A stretch of DNA of 64,000 nucleotides from Octopus sinensis. Taxonomy: Eukaryota. Under the pieces are notes generated by a model. It did not search any database and had not been told where the DNA came from. It was given only the letters and a program-made list of their open reading frames with translations. Where the stretch lies: assembly GCF_006345805.1 (NCBI RefSeq), contig NC_042997.1, forward strand, positions 126,294,001 through 126,358,000. Reading direction: 5' to 3'. Made by a program: the position numbers and the translations under genes. Positions 11,793 to 24,709 of this stretch are shown here, piece by piece (the stretch's first letter is position 1; the number at the start of each line of letters is the position of its first letter).

Positions 11793-12019
11793 TTACTCTC
11801 TTTGCTCTCTTTTACTTGTTTCAGTCATTTGACTGCGGCCATGCTGGAGCACTGCCGTTAGTCAAGCAAATCGACCCTGGGACTTATTCTTTGTAAGCCT
11901 AGTACTTATTCTATCGGTCTCTTTTGCCGAACCACTAAGTTATGGGGGCAAAAATACACCAGCATCAGTTGTCAAGCAATGTTGGGGAGACAAACACAGA
12001 CATACAAACATATACACAC

Positions 12020-12088
<69 letters not shown>

Positions 12089-12297
12089 ATATATATATGA
12101 AAGAAGCCCGTATATATATATATATATATATATATATACGGGCTTCTTTCAGTTTCCATCTACCAAATCCACTCACAAGGCTTTGGTCGGCCCGAGGCTA
12201 TAGTAGAAGACATTTCCCCAAAGTGCTATGCAGTGGGAATGAACCCAGAACCATGTGGTTGGTAAGCAAGCAACTTACCATACAGCCACTCCAGCGC
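11793..12297 (-). mobile_element. SINE family A, full length, expanded internal (TA)n
   Basis: Family A consensus; GAAAGAAGCCCG duplicated at the edge of the TA tract. Confidence 0.9.
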
Positions 12298-12794
12298 TTA
12301 TGTTTGTGTCTCCTTGTCTTGACATCAAGTAATAGTTGTAAATGAGTGTCCCTGTCATACAAGCAGTGTCATTCATTTCCAGTGTTATGCTTAAACATGT
12401 CTGGCCATGGGGAAAACATTACTTTGCTTGGAAACAGGTGAGGGTAGATGACAGGAAAAGCATCCAGCTGTAGAAAATATGTCTCAATAAACTTTGTCTG
12501 ATCCATGCCAGCGTGGAAAAGTGGAAGATAAAGATGAAGAAAATGATGATGATTACCTTTGGATTTACAAACAAGTTAAAAATACATGTAACATATGTAC
12601 ATGCCAGCATGGAAGGCGGATGTTAAATGACGAAGATAGCAATGGCAATGAAGAGATGTAGTAGAGTTTATTTAATTATTCAAGCCTTAGTTTTCTCTTC
12701 ATTGCTACACTGACGTTTATTTTTTTCATTTTGTTAGTATCAAAAACTAAAACTGGAAATTCATAGAAGTGATAGGGGAAAATTCAGCTTTAAA

Positions 12795-13060
12795 TAAATC
12801 ATCATCATCGTCATCATCATCATGTTTGTCATCATCATCATTGTCAAAGTTGTTGTCACTAACATAATTACCATCATCATCATCATCATCATCATTGTCA
12901 TTATCATTGTTGTTGTTGTCCTTGTCCTCCTCTTTTCCCCTCCCTCCTCTCCCCTTCCTCCTCCCCCTGATCTCCCCAATCCCCTCCTCCCTCTCCTCCC
13001 ACACCCTCTCCTTTCCCACCCCATCATCATCATTATCCTCACCACCACCACCACCAAATT
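12795..13060. repeat. (CAT)n / (CCT)n / (CAC)n low-complexity tract
   Basis: Triplet repeats directly visible; source of the poly-Asp and poly-Met ORFs. Confidence 0.9.
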
Positions 13061-13687
13061 TTTATTTCCATTTTCCATGCTGGCATGAGTTGGGCAGCTT
13101 GTCAGGAGACCACCCCCACCATCATCTCGCCCATACATTCCAATGTTTGGCATAGTTCCTGTAGCTTGATGCCTTCCCTAACACCAATTACTGTACCGAG
13201 AGGTTGTCATGTCCTGGACAAGGCTGAAGGACCCTTTTAAGTTTGCAATGACTTTCTTCAAATCAGTGTGGACAAAAGGTAGTGAAGAAGAAAGTGAAGC
13301 AGAAGCAGAGGGTGTGAGTGCAAGGGGTAAAGGTAAGAGGTGAGAGAAAGGAGCTTTTAGTGAAAGTGGTTGAGGAAGGAATAATGGAAGAATAGCAATG
13401 ACAGTGCTGGGATGGAGTAATGGAAGAGAGGCAGTAATGGTAGGTACATACTAGTGTGTGTATGTGTATGCATATAGTGTGTGTGTGTGTGTGTGTATGA
13501 GAGAGAGAATGATGGATAGTAATAGAGATGGTTGATAACAAGAAAGTATTTTGAATTTAAACAGCAAATGGCCTGAGGAGAGGCAGTGATGGTTTGGTTG
13601 GCAGCACAGTACTGGGAGAGAGTAATGGAAGAGAGACAGTAATATACTGGTGAGTGAATGAGGGGTAGAAGGAGACAGACGGGGAGG

Positions 13688-13723
<36 letters not shown>

Positions 13724-14214
13724 TTGAATAATGGATGGTAATGGAGATGGGCAGTGGTGGGAGACAATGATGGTTGTTGACAACAAATAGCTAGGAGGAG
13801 AGGGAGTGATGGCTGGCAGTTCAGAAAGGGTGATGGCAAAATATATTGGCTGCAAAAAAAGATTTACTACTGTCCCTGACACATACACACACACACACAC
13901 GCGCGCGCGCGTGTGTGTGTGTGTGTGTGATGCATGTGTTTGAATGTCTGTGCACTTTATCTGAAGCAAAATGTTCTCTTTTGAATTTTGAGTTTACAAC
14001 ATTTTTGTGTAAATTAAATCAGTTTTGTTTTTATGTTAACTATTTAATATTTATTAAATACCTCTGTTAAGTGTTACTAAATTAACAAATCTAATTAATT
14101 ACATCCTTGTCTGTAAGTAATTTACACAAGATAAATTAGTTGTGTTACCATTCCTCTTTAATGCCTACAATTAAAGAAGTGCTGTAATTTCCCAGCCTCT
14201 GGAGAAAAGAAGAG

Positions 14215-14216
<2 letters not shown>

Positions 14217-14296
<80 letters not shown>

Positions 14297-14333
14297 ATAG
14301 TAGTAGTAGTAGTAGTAGTATTAGTATTATTAT
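14217..14333. repeat. Compound (TTA)n(TAG)n microsatellite
   Basis: Direct observation. Confidence 0.95.
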
Positions 14334-15261
14334 TTCACAGCAGCATAGTATTGTTCTTAAAATGTTCTCACTCTTAGGAAATAAAAAAAAATCAGAAAGA
14401 AAAAATAAACATATTTAATGAACAACTGAAAACCAAATGAATAAATAAATGCAAAAAAAAAAAAAAAATACTATAAAATTAAAATGGTGCTCGGAAGTAA
14501 ATACTTTATTAATTGTGATTGGACAACATTTTTCAGGTGTTTTGTGTAGTTTTGATCTTTTCACAGGAATTGTACCATAACAAATTACAGAGAATGACAT
14601 TGGTTGCAACAAGCTTTTGTTTTCAGTATAACGCATAATTATAGCTCCAAGTTTTCTAGTGTCAGTGAAATGTAGTCTTTTGACAAGCTGTATACAATCT
14701 GAGCTATTGTCAGACAAAATAAGTTTATTGTGAGCTGTAACCGTAGTTCTATATTCATGAGCCCAAGCCATATTGGAACCGGTGTTATGGTTTTGTGGTT
14801 GGCAAAGAACAGGAAACCATTAACAATAATTGTTGATGGATGACTCTAACAATGTTTTGAAAACCACAAATAATTTTTCCTTCTATTATTCTCCGTTAAT
14901 TGATTCAGAAGTATGTCTGTGATTATACTGAAGTGTTTTGATGGTAACTTCTCAGCCTATATTCTTGGTTTGGACAACCAGGTTTTGACCTGTAGTCATT
15001 GAACCTGTCAATATTTTTGTGTAAACAATTATAGGTTTGTTGTCTCTTTTTGGAATGAGCTCTTTAGAGGAAGATGTAGATCACTGGTGCATTGAGTCAG
15101 AGAACAAATTTCAAAACATGTTTTGAATAGCTAAGTTGAATAGCTAAGTTGCATGTAATTTTCAATTCTTAGAGAGTTGGAAACAAGTTGCTTGTGCAAG
15201 TGCTGCAAATTGAAAGCTTTACATACCAGATACCAGGTGGTTTCAGGTGTCACCAGGAGAC

Positions 15262-15675
15262 ATCATCATCATCATCGTCGTTTAACGTCCACTTTCCATG
15301 CTAGCATGGGTTGGACGTTTTGACTGAGGACTGGCGAACCAGATGGCTGCACCAGGCTCCAATCTTGATTTGGCAGAGTTTCTACAGCTTGATGCCCTTC
15401 CTAACGCCAACCACTCCGAGAGTGTAGTGGGTGGTTTTACGTGCCACCGGCATGAGGGCCAGTCAGGTGGTACTAGCAATGGTCACGGAAAATCGTGTTT
15501 TTTTTTACGTGTCACCTGCACACTGGCACAAGTGCCAGTAAGGCGACGCTGGTAATGATCACGCTCGAGTGGAGCTTTTTACATGCCAGTCAGCTGCTCT
15601 GGTAGCAATCACATTCGGATGGTGCTCTTAGTGCTCCACTAGCACGGATGCCAGTCATCGAATTTGATTTTGATT
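15262..15675 (-). mobile_element. Repeat family C
   Basis: CATCATC GTTTAACGTCCACTTTCCATGCTAGCATGGGTTGGACG ... GATGCCCTTCCTAACGCCAACCA. Confidence 0.85.
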
Positions 15676-16097
15676 CTGAAATGTACATCATTTTAGGGCC
15701 TTTCTCTTGATGGCTTTCCAGAACATTGGCAACCACCACCAACTGGATTGTCTGCCTAACATTTGATCTTAAGTCTGATGGTTCTGCTGGTCCTAAGACA
15801 AAGGACTTAAGATAATCAGAATCAGTCAAATTGTGGAGGTCTAACTTGTCATTTTAGAAAACAAGTAACAGTCTCACACCTAAACAACACTTCTCTAACT
15901 GGGTTTTATCATGTCTTTTCAGCCATTTCCAATGGCTGGCTTTCTCATCTGTTGACTGGATTTCTTTCAAGATTATGTTAGCCTGATGATCATTCTCAAC
16001 AACTTATAACAACCATTCTCTAAGACTGGTTTCAATAAATGTTGTATGTAATTCTCAATTCTTACTCCTTATTCAAACATCTCTCTCTTCAGGCCCA

Positions 16098-16174
16098 CGG
16101 GCATATGGCATAGTGGTTAAGAGCACGGGCTACTAACCCCAAGATTGTGAGTTTGATTCCAGGCACTGACCTTA

Positions 16175-16271
<97 letters not shown>

Positions 16272-16431
16272 TGATAATAATAACATCGAAAAATACCTTA
16301 GGAATGAGAACCCAGGTTCGAAATTTCCCCAAGACACCTGATGAAGGCTGGAGGGTATATCAGTTGAAACATGTTAACGACAACAAAATGAGGACAAATA
16401 TCCATCAAATCTAAATAATGTAAATAATGTA
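16098..16431 (+). mobile_element. tRNA-headed SINE-like element with internal (AAT)n and a 3' hammerhead-like motif
   Basis: A box TGGCATAGTGG (16106), B box GAGTTTGATTCC (~16149), (AAT)n, then ACAC-CTGATGA-AGGCTG...CAGTT-GAAAC, then TAAATAATG tandem tail. Confidence 0.7.
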
Positions 16432-16465
<34 letters not shown>

Positions 16466-16671
16466 TCTGACACTCCATCGGCTACAATGATGACTATTGC
16501 AGTTGATCCAACCAGCTGAACAGCCTGTTCATGAAATTAACATCCAAGTGGCTGAGCACTCCACAGACACACATACCCTTAGCATAGTTCTCAGAAAGAT
16601 TCAGCATAATACAGAATGTGACAAGGTTGGCCTTTTGAATTACAGGTATTACAGGAATTTTTACCGTGAAA

Positions 16672-17000
16672 GCTCATAGTTTGGTGGTTAGAGCGTTGGG
16701 CTCACAATCATGAGGTAGTGAGTTCGATTCCTGAAACGGGCTGTGTGTTGTGTTCTTGAGCAAGACACTTTATTTCATGTTACTCCAATTTACTTAGCTA
16801 TAGAAATGAGTTGCAACGTCATTGGTGCCAAGATGTATCAACCTTTACCTTTCCCTTGGATAACATTGGTGGCATGGAAAGGCCGGTATGCATGGGTGAC
16901 TACCGGTCTTGCATAAACAACCTTGCCCAGACTTGTACCTCAGAGAACTTTCTAGGTGCAATCCCATGGCCATTTATGACTGAAGTGGGGTCTTTATTCT
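16672..17000 (+). mobile_element. tRNA-derived SINE family D
   Basis: TGGTTAGAGCG...GAGTTCGATTCC head, GTGTTCTTGAGCAAGACACTT core; related copies at 27995-28160 (-), 45763-46100 and 57702-57905. Confidence 0.85.
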
Positions 17001-17035
17001 TTACTCCTTTTTGCCAGCTGAGTGCACTGGAGCAA

Positions 17036-17290
17036 TCATCATCATCGTTTAATATCCGTTTTCCATGCTAGCATGGGTTGGACGGTTCGACCGGGGTCTG
17101 AGAAGCCAGGAGGCTGCACCAGGCTCCAGTCTGATCTGGCAGTGTTTCTACAGATGGATGCCCTTCCTAATGCCAACCACTCTGTGAGTGTAGTGGGAGG
17201 TTTTTACGTGCTATCGGCACAGGGGCCAGAGGAGACTGGCAACAGCCACGATTGGTTGGTGCTTTTTACGTGCCACCGGCACAGGCCAAT
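17036..17290 (-). mobile_element. Repeat family C
   Basis: Family C hallmarks. Confidence 0.85.
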
Positions 17291-17749
17291 GTGAAGTAAA
17301 ATGTCTTGCTCAAAGTCACAATGTGCTGCAAAGAATCAAACACATGGCCTTATGATCATGAGCTGAAAATCCTAACCTCAAAGCCATGTACCCTCAGTAT
17401 CCATAAATATAATACCCCTTGATGGATACAAATGATCAGAAAATATATAGCTGAAGCAGCTGACTGCATCACATTTAGCGAATGGGACAGAACAAATGAT
17501 TATAGTTATATATTTTTTTCCACTTCATCATTAGTAAAATTGGTTGGGGAAAAATTATCATTTTAAAGACAAACTAGAAAAAATACACACAAAATATGTT
17601 AATTTTTCTTTCAGTTCATCATAAAATAGACAGAATAAACTTAAAAATTGTTTCTCACATCAGATAATTTTGATTCTGTTTCTAATAAGTCGTTTCAGTT
17701 TTATACGTACATAAAATAATTCACTCTCCTTCAATGCTCTCTCCCTCTC

Positions 17750-17977
17750 TTTATATATGTACATATATATAGACCTATATACATGTACATATATACCTAT
17801 ATATATGTATATATATATAGATAGATATATATGTATATATACATATATAAATATACATATATATACATACACACACATACATATAGAACTATATATATGT
17901 TTATGTGTATATACATATATATATATATAAATATATAAATATATATACATATATACATACATTTATAGACCTATATA

Positions 17978-18009
<32 letters not shown>

Positions 18010-18149
18010 CACACACATAAATAGACCTACACACACACACACACACACTCATATGTTTATTTGCATGTATATGTATGTATGTCTGCATATATACATATGC
18101 ATAGAGAAACACAGATATATATATTCACATGTATAAGTGTTTGTGTGTG

Positions 18150-18193
<44 letters not shown>

Positions 18194-18230
18194 CATGTGT
18201 GTGAGTGTGTGTGTGCATGTACTTGTGTAT
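17750..18230. repeat. Compound (TA)n/(CA)n/(TG)n microsatellite field
   Basis: Direct observation. Confidence 0.9.
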
Positions 18231-18426
18231 ATAGCCTACCAATCTATGTATATTGATTTTGAAATATGTGTTAGAGGTGGCAACATACTGAGGTGGTGAC
18301 TGTGAAATGCGTTCTGGACAATTTAGTCCTCAATATATACAAAAAGGTAGGGTGGTCTTGGCTGGAATGCCTTTGAACACAGATCTGCTCAATTGGAGCT
18401 GACCTGCAGCTAAACATCAAGAACAA

Positions 18427-18492
18427 CACACCACCACCACCACCACCACCACCACTGCCACTGTTACCATCACCACCACTTCCACTTCCACT

Positions 18493-18525
<33 letters not shown>

Positions 18526-18581
18526 ACACCACCACCACCACTGCCACTGTTACCATCACCACCACTTCCACTTCCACTGCT

Positions 18582-18614
<33 letters not shown>

Positions 18615-18724
18615 ACCACCACCACCACCACCACCATCACCACCACCACTACTACCACCACCACTACCACCACCGCCACCACCACCACCACACCACCATC
18701 ACCACCACCACCACCACCACCACA
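18427..18724. repeat. (CCA)n/(GCC)n tract with an ~86-bp tandem duplication
   Basis: ACTGCCACTGTTACCATCACCACCACTTCCACTTCC occurs at 18454 and 18540. Confidence 0.9.
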
Positions 18725-19010
18725 ACTAGAAACAGAAAAGGCAGCAGTAACTCTAATAATCTTACAGTTAAAGGTTGATTAATGTCTGTATTAAAACGGT
18801 AAAAATTCCGTTTATTAAATCGTTCACTTAATCTTCCATTGCAGTGTTATTGATGCCAAACTGTTTGTCTGTCATGCTGTAGTCAAAGAGGGACATTAAT
18901 GTTGTTTTCAAAGACAACTTTCAAATATGTTAATAATATGTAATGATCTTTTCAACAGACTGAGCCTTCCGTTGTGTTCGTTATATATTGTGATTGGTAT
19001 GATTATGTGA

Positions 19011-19409
19011 CTTACTCTACTCTTTTACTCTTTTACTTGTTTCGGTCATTTGACTGCGGCCATGCTGGAGCACCGCCTTTAGTCGAGAAAATCGACCCCA
19101 GAACTTATTCTTTGTAAGCCTAGTACTTATTCTATCGGTCTCTTTACCGAACCGTTAAGTTACGGGGACGCAAACACACCAGTATCGGTTGTCAAGTGAT
19201 GTTGGGGAGACAAACACAGACACACAAACACACACACACACACACACGCACATATATACAACAGGCTTCTTTCAGTTTCCGTCTACCAAATCTACTCACA
19301 CGGCTTTGGTCGGCCTGAGGCTATAGTAGAAGACACTTGCCCAAGGTGCCATGTGAACCCGGAACCATGTGGTTGGTAAGCAAGCTACTTACCACACAGC
19401 CACTCCTGT
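19011..19409 (-). mobile_element. SINE family A, full length
   Basis: Family A consensus, reverse strand. Confidence 0.9.
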
Positions 19410-19459
19410 GACTTGATGAATAGTTTGATTGAAACACTAATGTGTCTGGAACAGTTTTG

Positions 19460-19755
19460 TGATTTACACAGTATTATGATTGAAATGGTATTGTAACGAG
19501 AAGGAAACTGTGGTTGGCACAGTATTGTGAGTGGAACAATATTGTAACTGGAAAAGTATTGTGACTGGAAAAGTATTGTGACTGGAAAAGTATTGTGACT
19601 GGAACAGTATGGTAACTGGGAAATATTGTGACTGGAGCAGTATTGTGATAGGAGCAATATTGTGACAGACATAATATATTTGTTTAAACAATAATGTGAC
19701 CGGAACGAAAGTTGTCACTGGAGAAATGCTGTAACTTGGTCAATGTTGTGACAAC
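19460..19755. repeat. Minisatellite with ~17-bp unit (AAAAGTATTGTGACTGG)
   Basis: Three near-perfect central units with degenerate flanking units and no spacers. Confidence 0.85.
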
Positions 19756-20659
19756 CCAATAGTTTAGCATTGGAAATCAACCAATGCTAAAAGCTATAGA
19801 AAATTCCATAAAATAGGAAGAATCCCAAACTAAAATTCCTTAAAGAGAATATTCTATAAACTGGAGCTTCAGCATTTTTCATGAGTGAAATGGCATATTA
19901 AAATCAATGTTATATCAAAGAAGCAACTGTAACAAAAACAGTTTTGCGACTGCTGCGGCTGTTGCTGCTGCTGCTGCCAATATGACTGAGGAAATGGTCA
20001 GAGATACTATATCAGCAATAAAACTAAATAAAGCCATGATATTTCTCTGCATCACTTGACCACAGAGAACGATGATATGTTTCCCTAAAGAATTCTAATA
20101 GCAAGGCGCCATAAAAATGGCTTGATCTGGTTATCCAAGTAATTCTTGCCATATGATTCCTTCCCCACCACACCTGCTGCTATTTGGACATAAACAGCGC
20201 TGTCATCATCGATTATCAGGCATTTTCTTTTGACAAATTCATTGGAACAACTACAAGGCTTCCCTCTCACTGTCTTTTATAACCATTTCTGGCTTGGCAC
20301 TCGGCTGAAAGTTGGCAGGTTCCAAACTGTTGGCATATCTTGTTGGTTGAGTTAATTTCATAATTAACGGAGGCAGTTGGTGGCTTGAGATAGAACTTCT
20401 TTACTGTTCTTCCTTCCCCAGTAGAAAACGGTATTCTTTCTTCCATCTCTTATTCAAAATATTAAACTTCCATCCATGTTGTTGTGTGATGGTGGAGTAT
20501 AATAACGATGTGGCTGATAGTATAGGGTGGTATTGGTAGTGTAGTGGTGCTGTTCATGTTGTAGTGTGGTTGAAGTAGTTGTACAATGTCTTAGTGGTTG
20601 TATAGTGTGATAGTGTTGTGTTACATGGATGTTGTAATAGACTGGTATTAGTGGTGCTA

Positions 20660-20894
20660 CAAGGTGGCGAGCTGGCAGAAACGTTAGCACGCTGGGCGAA
20701 ATACTTATCGGTATTTCATCTGCCGCTACGTTCTGAGTTCAAATTCCGCCAAGGTTGACTTTGTCTTTCATCCTTTCGGGGTCGATTAAATAAGTACCAG
20801 TTACGCACTGGGGGTCGGTATAACCGACTTAATCCGTATGTCTGTCCTTGTTTGTCCTCTCTGTGTTTAGCCCCTTGTGGGTACTAAAGAAATA
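20660..20894 (+). mobile_element. tRNA-derived SINE family B with 16-bp target-site duplication
   Basis: GGTATTAGTGGTGCTA at 20644-20659 and 20895-20910. Confidence 0.92.
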
Positions 20895-21327
20895 GGTATT
20901 AGTGGTGCTAATGTGGTGTTTGTAGCACAGTATGGTGACAGAGGTGAAGTATGGTGGTGGAGATGTACAGGCATGGTGGTGTAGTATGATCAGCCTCAAT
21001 CAAGCAGACATGCAATTGAAAGCTTTCCAACTATGACCACCCTGTCTTTTCTAAGATTCATGGAAATGCTTACTAATGCATCCTTTTCTCAAATGGCTGG
21101 GAGTGATTTGAAGGAGATTTGACTGATATTTCTAGGAGGTCAAGCAACTATGTAGAGCTTTTCCCATCAGCTAGGGTGTTGTGGTGATGTTGTGGCAGGA
21201 GTATACTATGTGTTGTAGTAGCATAGTGTAGTCACAGTCTTCTAGTATAGTGTTACAGGTGTAAGCATGGTCTGGTAGTTGGTTTGTAGTTTATGTTAGC
21301 ATTGACTATGATGTTATGGTATGACAG

Positions 21328-21545
21328 TAAAGGCGGCGAGCTGACTGAGTCATTAGCATGTTGGACAAAATGCTTAGCTGTATTTTGTCCGTCTTCATAA
21401 TCTGAGTTCGAATTCTGCTAAGATCAGCTTTACCTTTTCATCCTTTTGGGGTCAATGAAATAAGTAGCAGTTGAATACTGGAGTTGATGTAATTGACTAT
21501 CCCCATCCCCACCAAATTTCAGGCCTTGTAACTATAGTAGAAAGG
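21328..21545 (+). mobile_element. SINE family B variant
   Basis: AAGGCGGCGAGCTG...CTGAGTTCGAATTC head. Confidence 0.8.
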
Positions 21546-21999
21546 ATATGGTGTGATAAGTGTTATTGCTTATGGGGCCTCCTCCTCCTCCTCCTCCTTC
21601 CAATCAGGACTCACCCCATTAGCCACATGAATAATCTCTAATTCGAGCCTACTAAGAAAATGTGGCAACTTGAAGATCCACCCACCACACACGATAGACT
21701 GGCGGTTGCACGGGCACGAAAGCTACGTTGTTATCCTCATTCCGTAAACGGTGGCTTTTTTAATGGGTGGAGAGCTGAACTATCCTGGGGTACAGAGGAT
21801 CTGCAATCTAGACTGGGGCTACTGTTGTTTCTTCTAGGTTAGTCCCGATTGACCCCCACCTATGAGAAAAGATGTTCCAGGCACAAACATCTAATCTTAC
21901 TTATTTAGAACTGCGCTATCAAATGTGTCCTTCCTTGTTTGGTATGTTACTACATAATTTGATGGAGACTTGGCATCTATTTCAAGCAGGTGTGTAGAA

Positions 22000-22247
22000 T
22001 AGTGGTTCTCAATCATATTTTGTCTATGGACTCCTGTGATTCTTATTTTACTCGGGTAGACCCCTGCCCCATAGCCATCCAATGTTTAAAAAATATTTTT
22101 ATAATTAAATATTATCATGAATTGAATAAAAAATTGCTAAAATATTTTGGGTATTGTAAAAAGTACAATTAGTTTATTGAACATAATTTTTAACAAAATC
22201 TAAAATGGATCTACAAGAGCCACATAAACCCCAACCAAGAACCACTG
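22000..22247. mobile_element. hAT/Charlie-type MITE
   Basis: Ends TAGTGGTTCTCAA / AAGAACCACTG; flanks GTGTAGAA and ATATAGAG resemble an NTNTAGAN 8-bp TSD. Confidence 0.7.
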
Positions 22248-22326
22248 ATATAGAGGTACACTCTCAGTGGCTTGTGTAGTGGTGCTGAAGTCATGTTGTT
22301 ATGACAGTGGTGTTATAGTGAGGTAG

Positions 22327-22655
22327 TGATCATCATCATCATTTAACATCCACTTTTCATGCTAGCATGGGTTGGACGATTTGACTGAGGACTGGCGAAT
22401 CAGATGGCTGCACCAGGCTCCAATCTTGACCTGGCAGAGTTTTTACAGCTGGATGCCCTTCCTAACTCTGAGATTGTAGTGGGTACTTTTATGTTCCACT
22501 GGCACAAGAGCCAGTCAGGCAGTACTGGCAAAAGCCACGTTCAAATGGTGTTTTTTACGTGCCATCTGCGCAGGAGCCAGTCCAGCAGCACTGGCTACGA
22601 CCTCGCTCGAATGTTTTTCATGTGCCAGTAAAGCGATGCTGGTAACGATCACGCA
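22327..22655 (-). mobile_element. Repeat family C
   Basis: Family C hallmarks. Confidence 0.8.
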
Positions 22656-23039
22656 CGAATGATGTTGTAGCATAATCATTATAGTGGTGGGATCATCCTG
22701 TCCTTCATTCACGACCATATTACCCAACGTGTTTTTCTCTTTTAAGACAGCAAGTTGTAAGTTGGTTATATTTCTAGCAGACTGAGACATCCTTTGATGG
22801 TTCATGGTACTCTTGTGGTTTAATTGCACTGTAATGGTGATATTTTAACGTTGATGCTGATGATATTTTTGTAGTTGTCAGCTGGTTAGAACAGTGGTTA
22901 CTAAGCAGCATTCCACTACAAACTGGTGTGGTGCATGATATAGGTTAGTACACTGGCGACAATAGTGGATGATTATCTTCTGCTAGTGATATAAACACGA
23001 GTGCTTATATGCACCATAAGTCCATATGAGAAGTTCTCC

Positions 23040-23966
23040 CATGGTAAATCCCATGGTAGATCTTTATTGCAATCAGACCTGGACACAATGCAGCAGTGGA
23101 TCATGGACTGGCAACTCATGCTGGCTGTGGAGAAATGTACCACTATGCATTTTGGGAGGAAAAACCCAGTGTCTACTTACTCCCTCCACAACACTAATCT
23201 CAAAAAGTCTTCTTGTGAATGTGACCTGGGCATTATTGTCGACAGCGATTTGTGTTGGACAAAACACATTGCTAAAATTGCCAAGAAGGCTGAGGGTGTC
23301 TTGGCATCACTTACCAAGTCCTTTGTGAGCCGCTCTCTGGCTATCTATCTGAAGCTTTATATAGCTATGGTGCTACCTCACCTGGAATTTGCATCACCGG
23401 TCTGGAACCCCTATCTTGCCTAGGATATTAATCATTTGGAAACCATTCAGTGATGTGCAACCAAGAGAATACCCTCCATCAGGCATTTGCCATATTCTGA
23501 ATGCCTTACTTCCCTGGGCATGGATACATTGAAACTCTGACGTCTGGCAGCTGACTTGGCAGACACCCATAAAATTATTTACCATCTTACTAACAATAAC
23601 TCTGAGCACCTTTTCAAACTCCACCTGTCTAACACCCGTGGACATGTTTACAAAGTCAGAAAACAGCACAGCTCCCATGACTTTTGGGAACATTTTTTCA
23701 TGCTAAGAGTTGCTGAAGTATGGAACAAACTGCCGGCATCAGTTGTTAGTTGTCGGAGCACTGCATCCTTCAAAACTTCCATGCTTCCTGAGATTCGCCA
23801 ACACTACACCTGATTTTCTCCCCTCCATACACATGCAAACATATATCTGTCTCATACACTGTTCACTTTCCAGACATTTGTACTTTACTGCATATGCTTT
23901 ATATGCACTTTTGACAAGTTGTGGTGCACCTAACCACTGTACACAATAATTTCATTATTATTATCA
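23040..23966 (+). mobile_element. 5'-truncated CR1-like LINE (post-RT C-terminus and 3' UTR)
   Basis: LQSDLDTMQQW..DWQL....EKC..MHFGRKN, DLGIIVDSDL, PHLEFASPVWNPY, ATKRIP, NTRGH, FF.LRV..VWNKLP; premature stops; (TTA)n tail. Confidence 0.9.
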
Positions 23967-24613
23967 TTTTATTTAAATAATGCAGTATTTTGTGTTCTAG
24001 CTATTAAGTGAGAATAAAATTATATTTAAAAGATATGAAAAATACAAACTGAAGTCCTAAATATAGCCTTGATAAGTATATTACATTTATTTGAACTTGG
24101 AAATACTTAATCATTTCTGTTTAAATTTTTTAAAAGCTTAAAATATATGCAATACCATTTTTGATAAATTTTTGGACTCTATGTATTAAGTGTGACAACA
24201 ATGAGTAAATATTTCTGTCTTTCTTCAAATAAACATAACACAATTATCAAGACTATATTTAGAACTTCAGTGTGTAGTTTCCATATTTCTAAATATAATT
24301 TTATTATTTTTGCTGTGCATCACTTTATATCTTACAGCACACAAGTGTGTTATAGAGAACTCTTTGGTAACCAGAATTCTAACTATCTCATCTATTCAAT
24401 CTCGCTATCTGACCACTTTTAAACACCTCCCTACTGGTTATTATTTATGTTACATGATACGACTAATGACTTTAATTAGTTTTCGTATATAAACATCTTC
24501 CTCCTTGTATCACTAAACTGATAATCAACCCCTAGTGACTTCCTCGTCAATCCCTCACCATTGTGATCATACTGGGCAGTTCTCAGCAGGCAGTATATGT
24601 ATATATATATTAT

Positions 24614-24700
<87 letters not shown>

Positions 24701-24709
24701 TATATAGGT

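Noticed and set aside
12747-13155. Poly-Asp, poly-Met and poly-Ile ORFs (also 16089-16414, 18470-18691, 32605-32875, 48226-48483)
   Set aside because: Triplet microsatellites, often RTE-type (GAT)n tails; no splice or codon evidence.
16098-16170. tRNA gene calls for SINE heads (also 2676, 16672, 20660, 45763)
   Set aside because: A/B boxes are present but there is no complete cloverleaf, and each continues into a repeat body.
19460-19755. Regularly spaced repeats resembling a CRISPR array
   Set aside because: Head-to-tail 17-bp minisatellite without unique spacers, in eukaryotic DNA with no cas genes.
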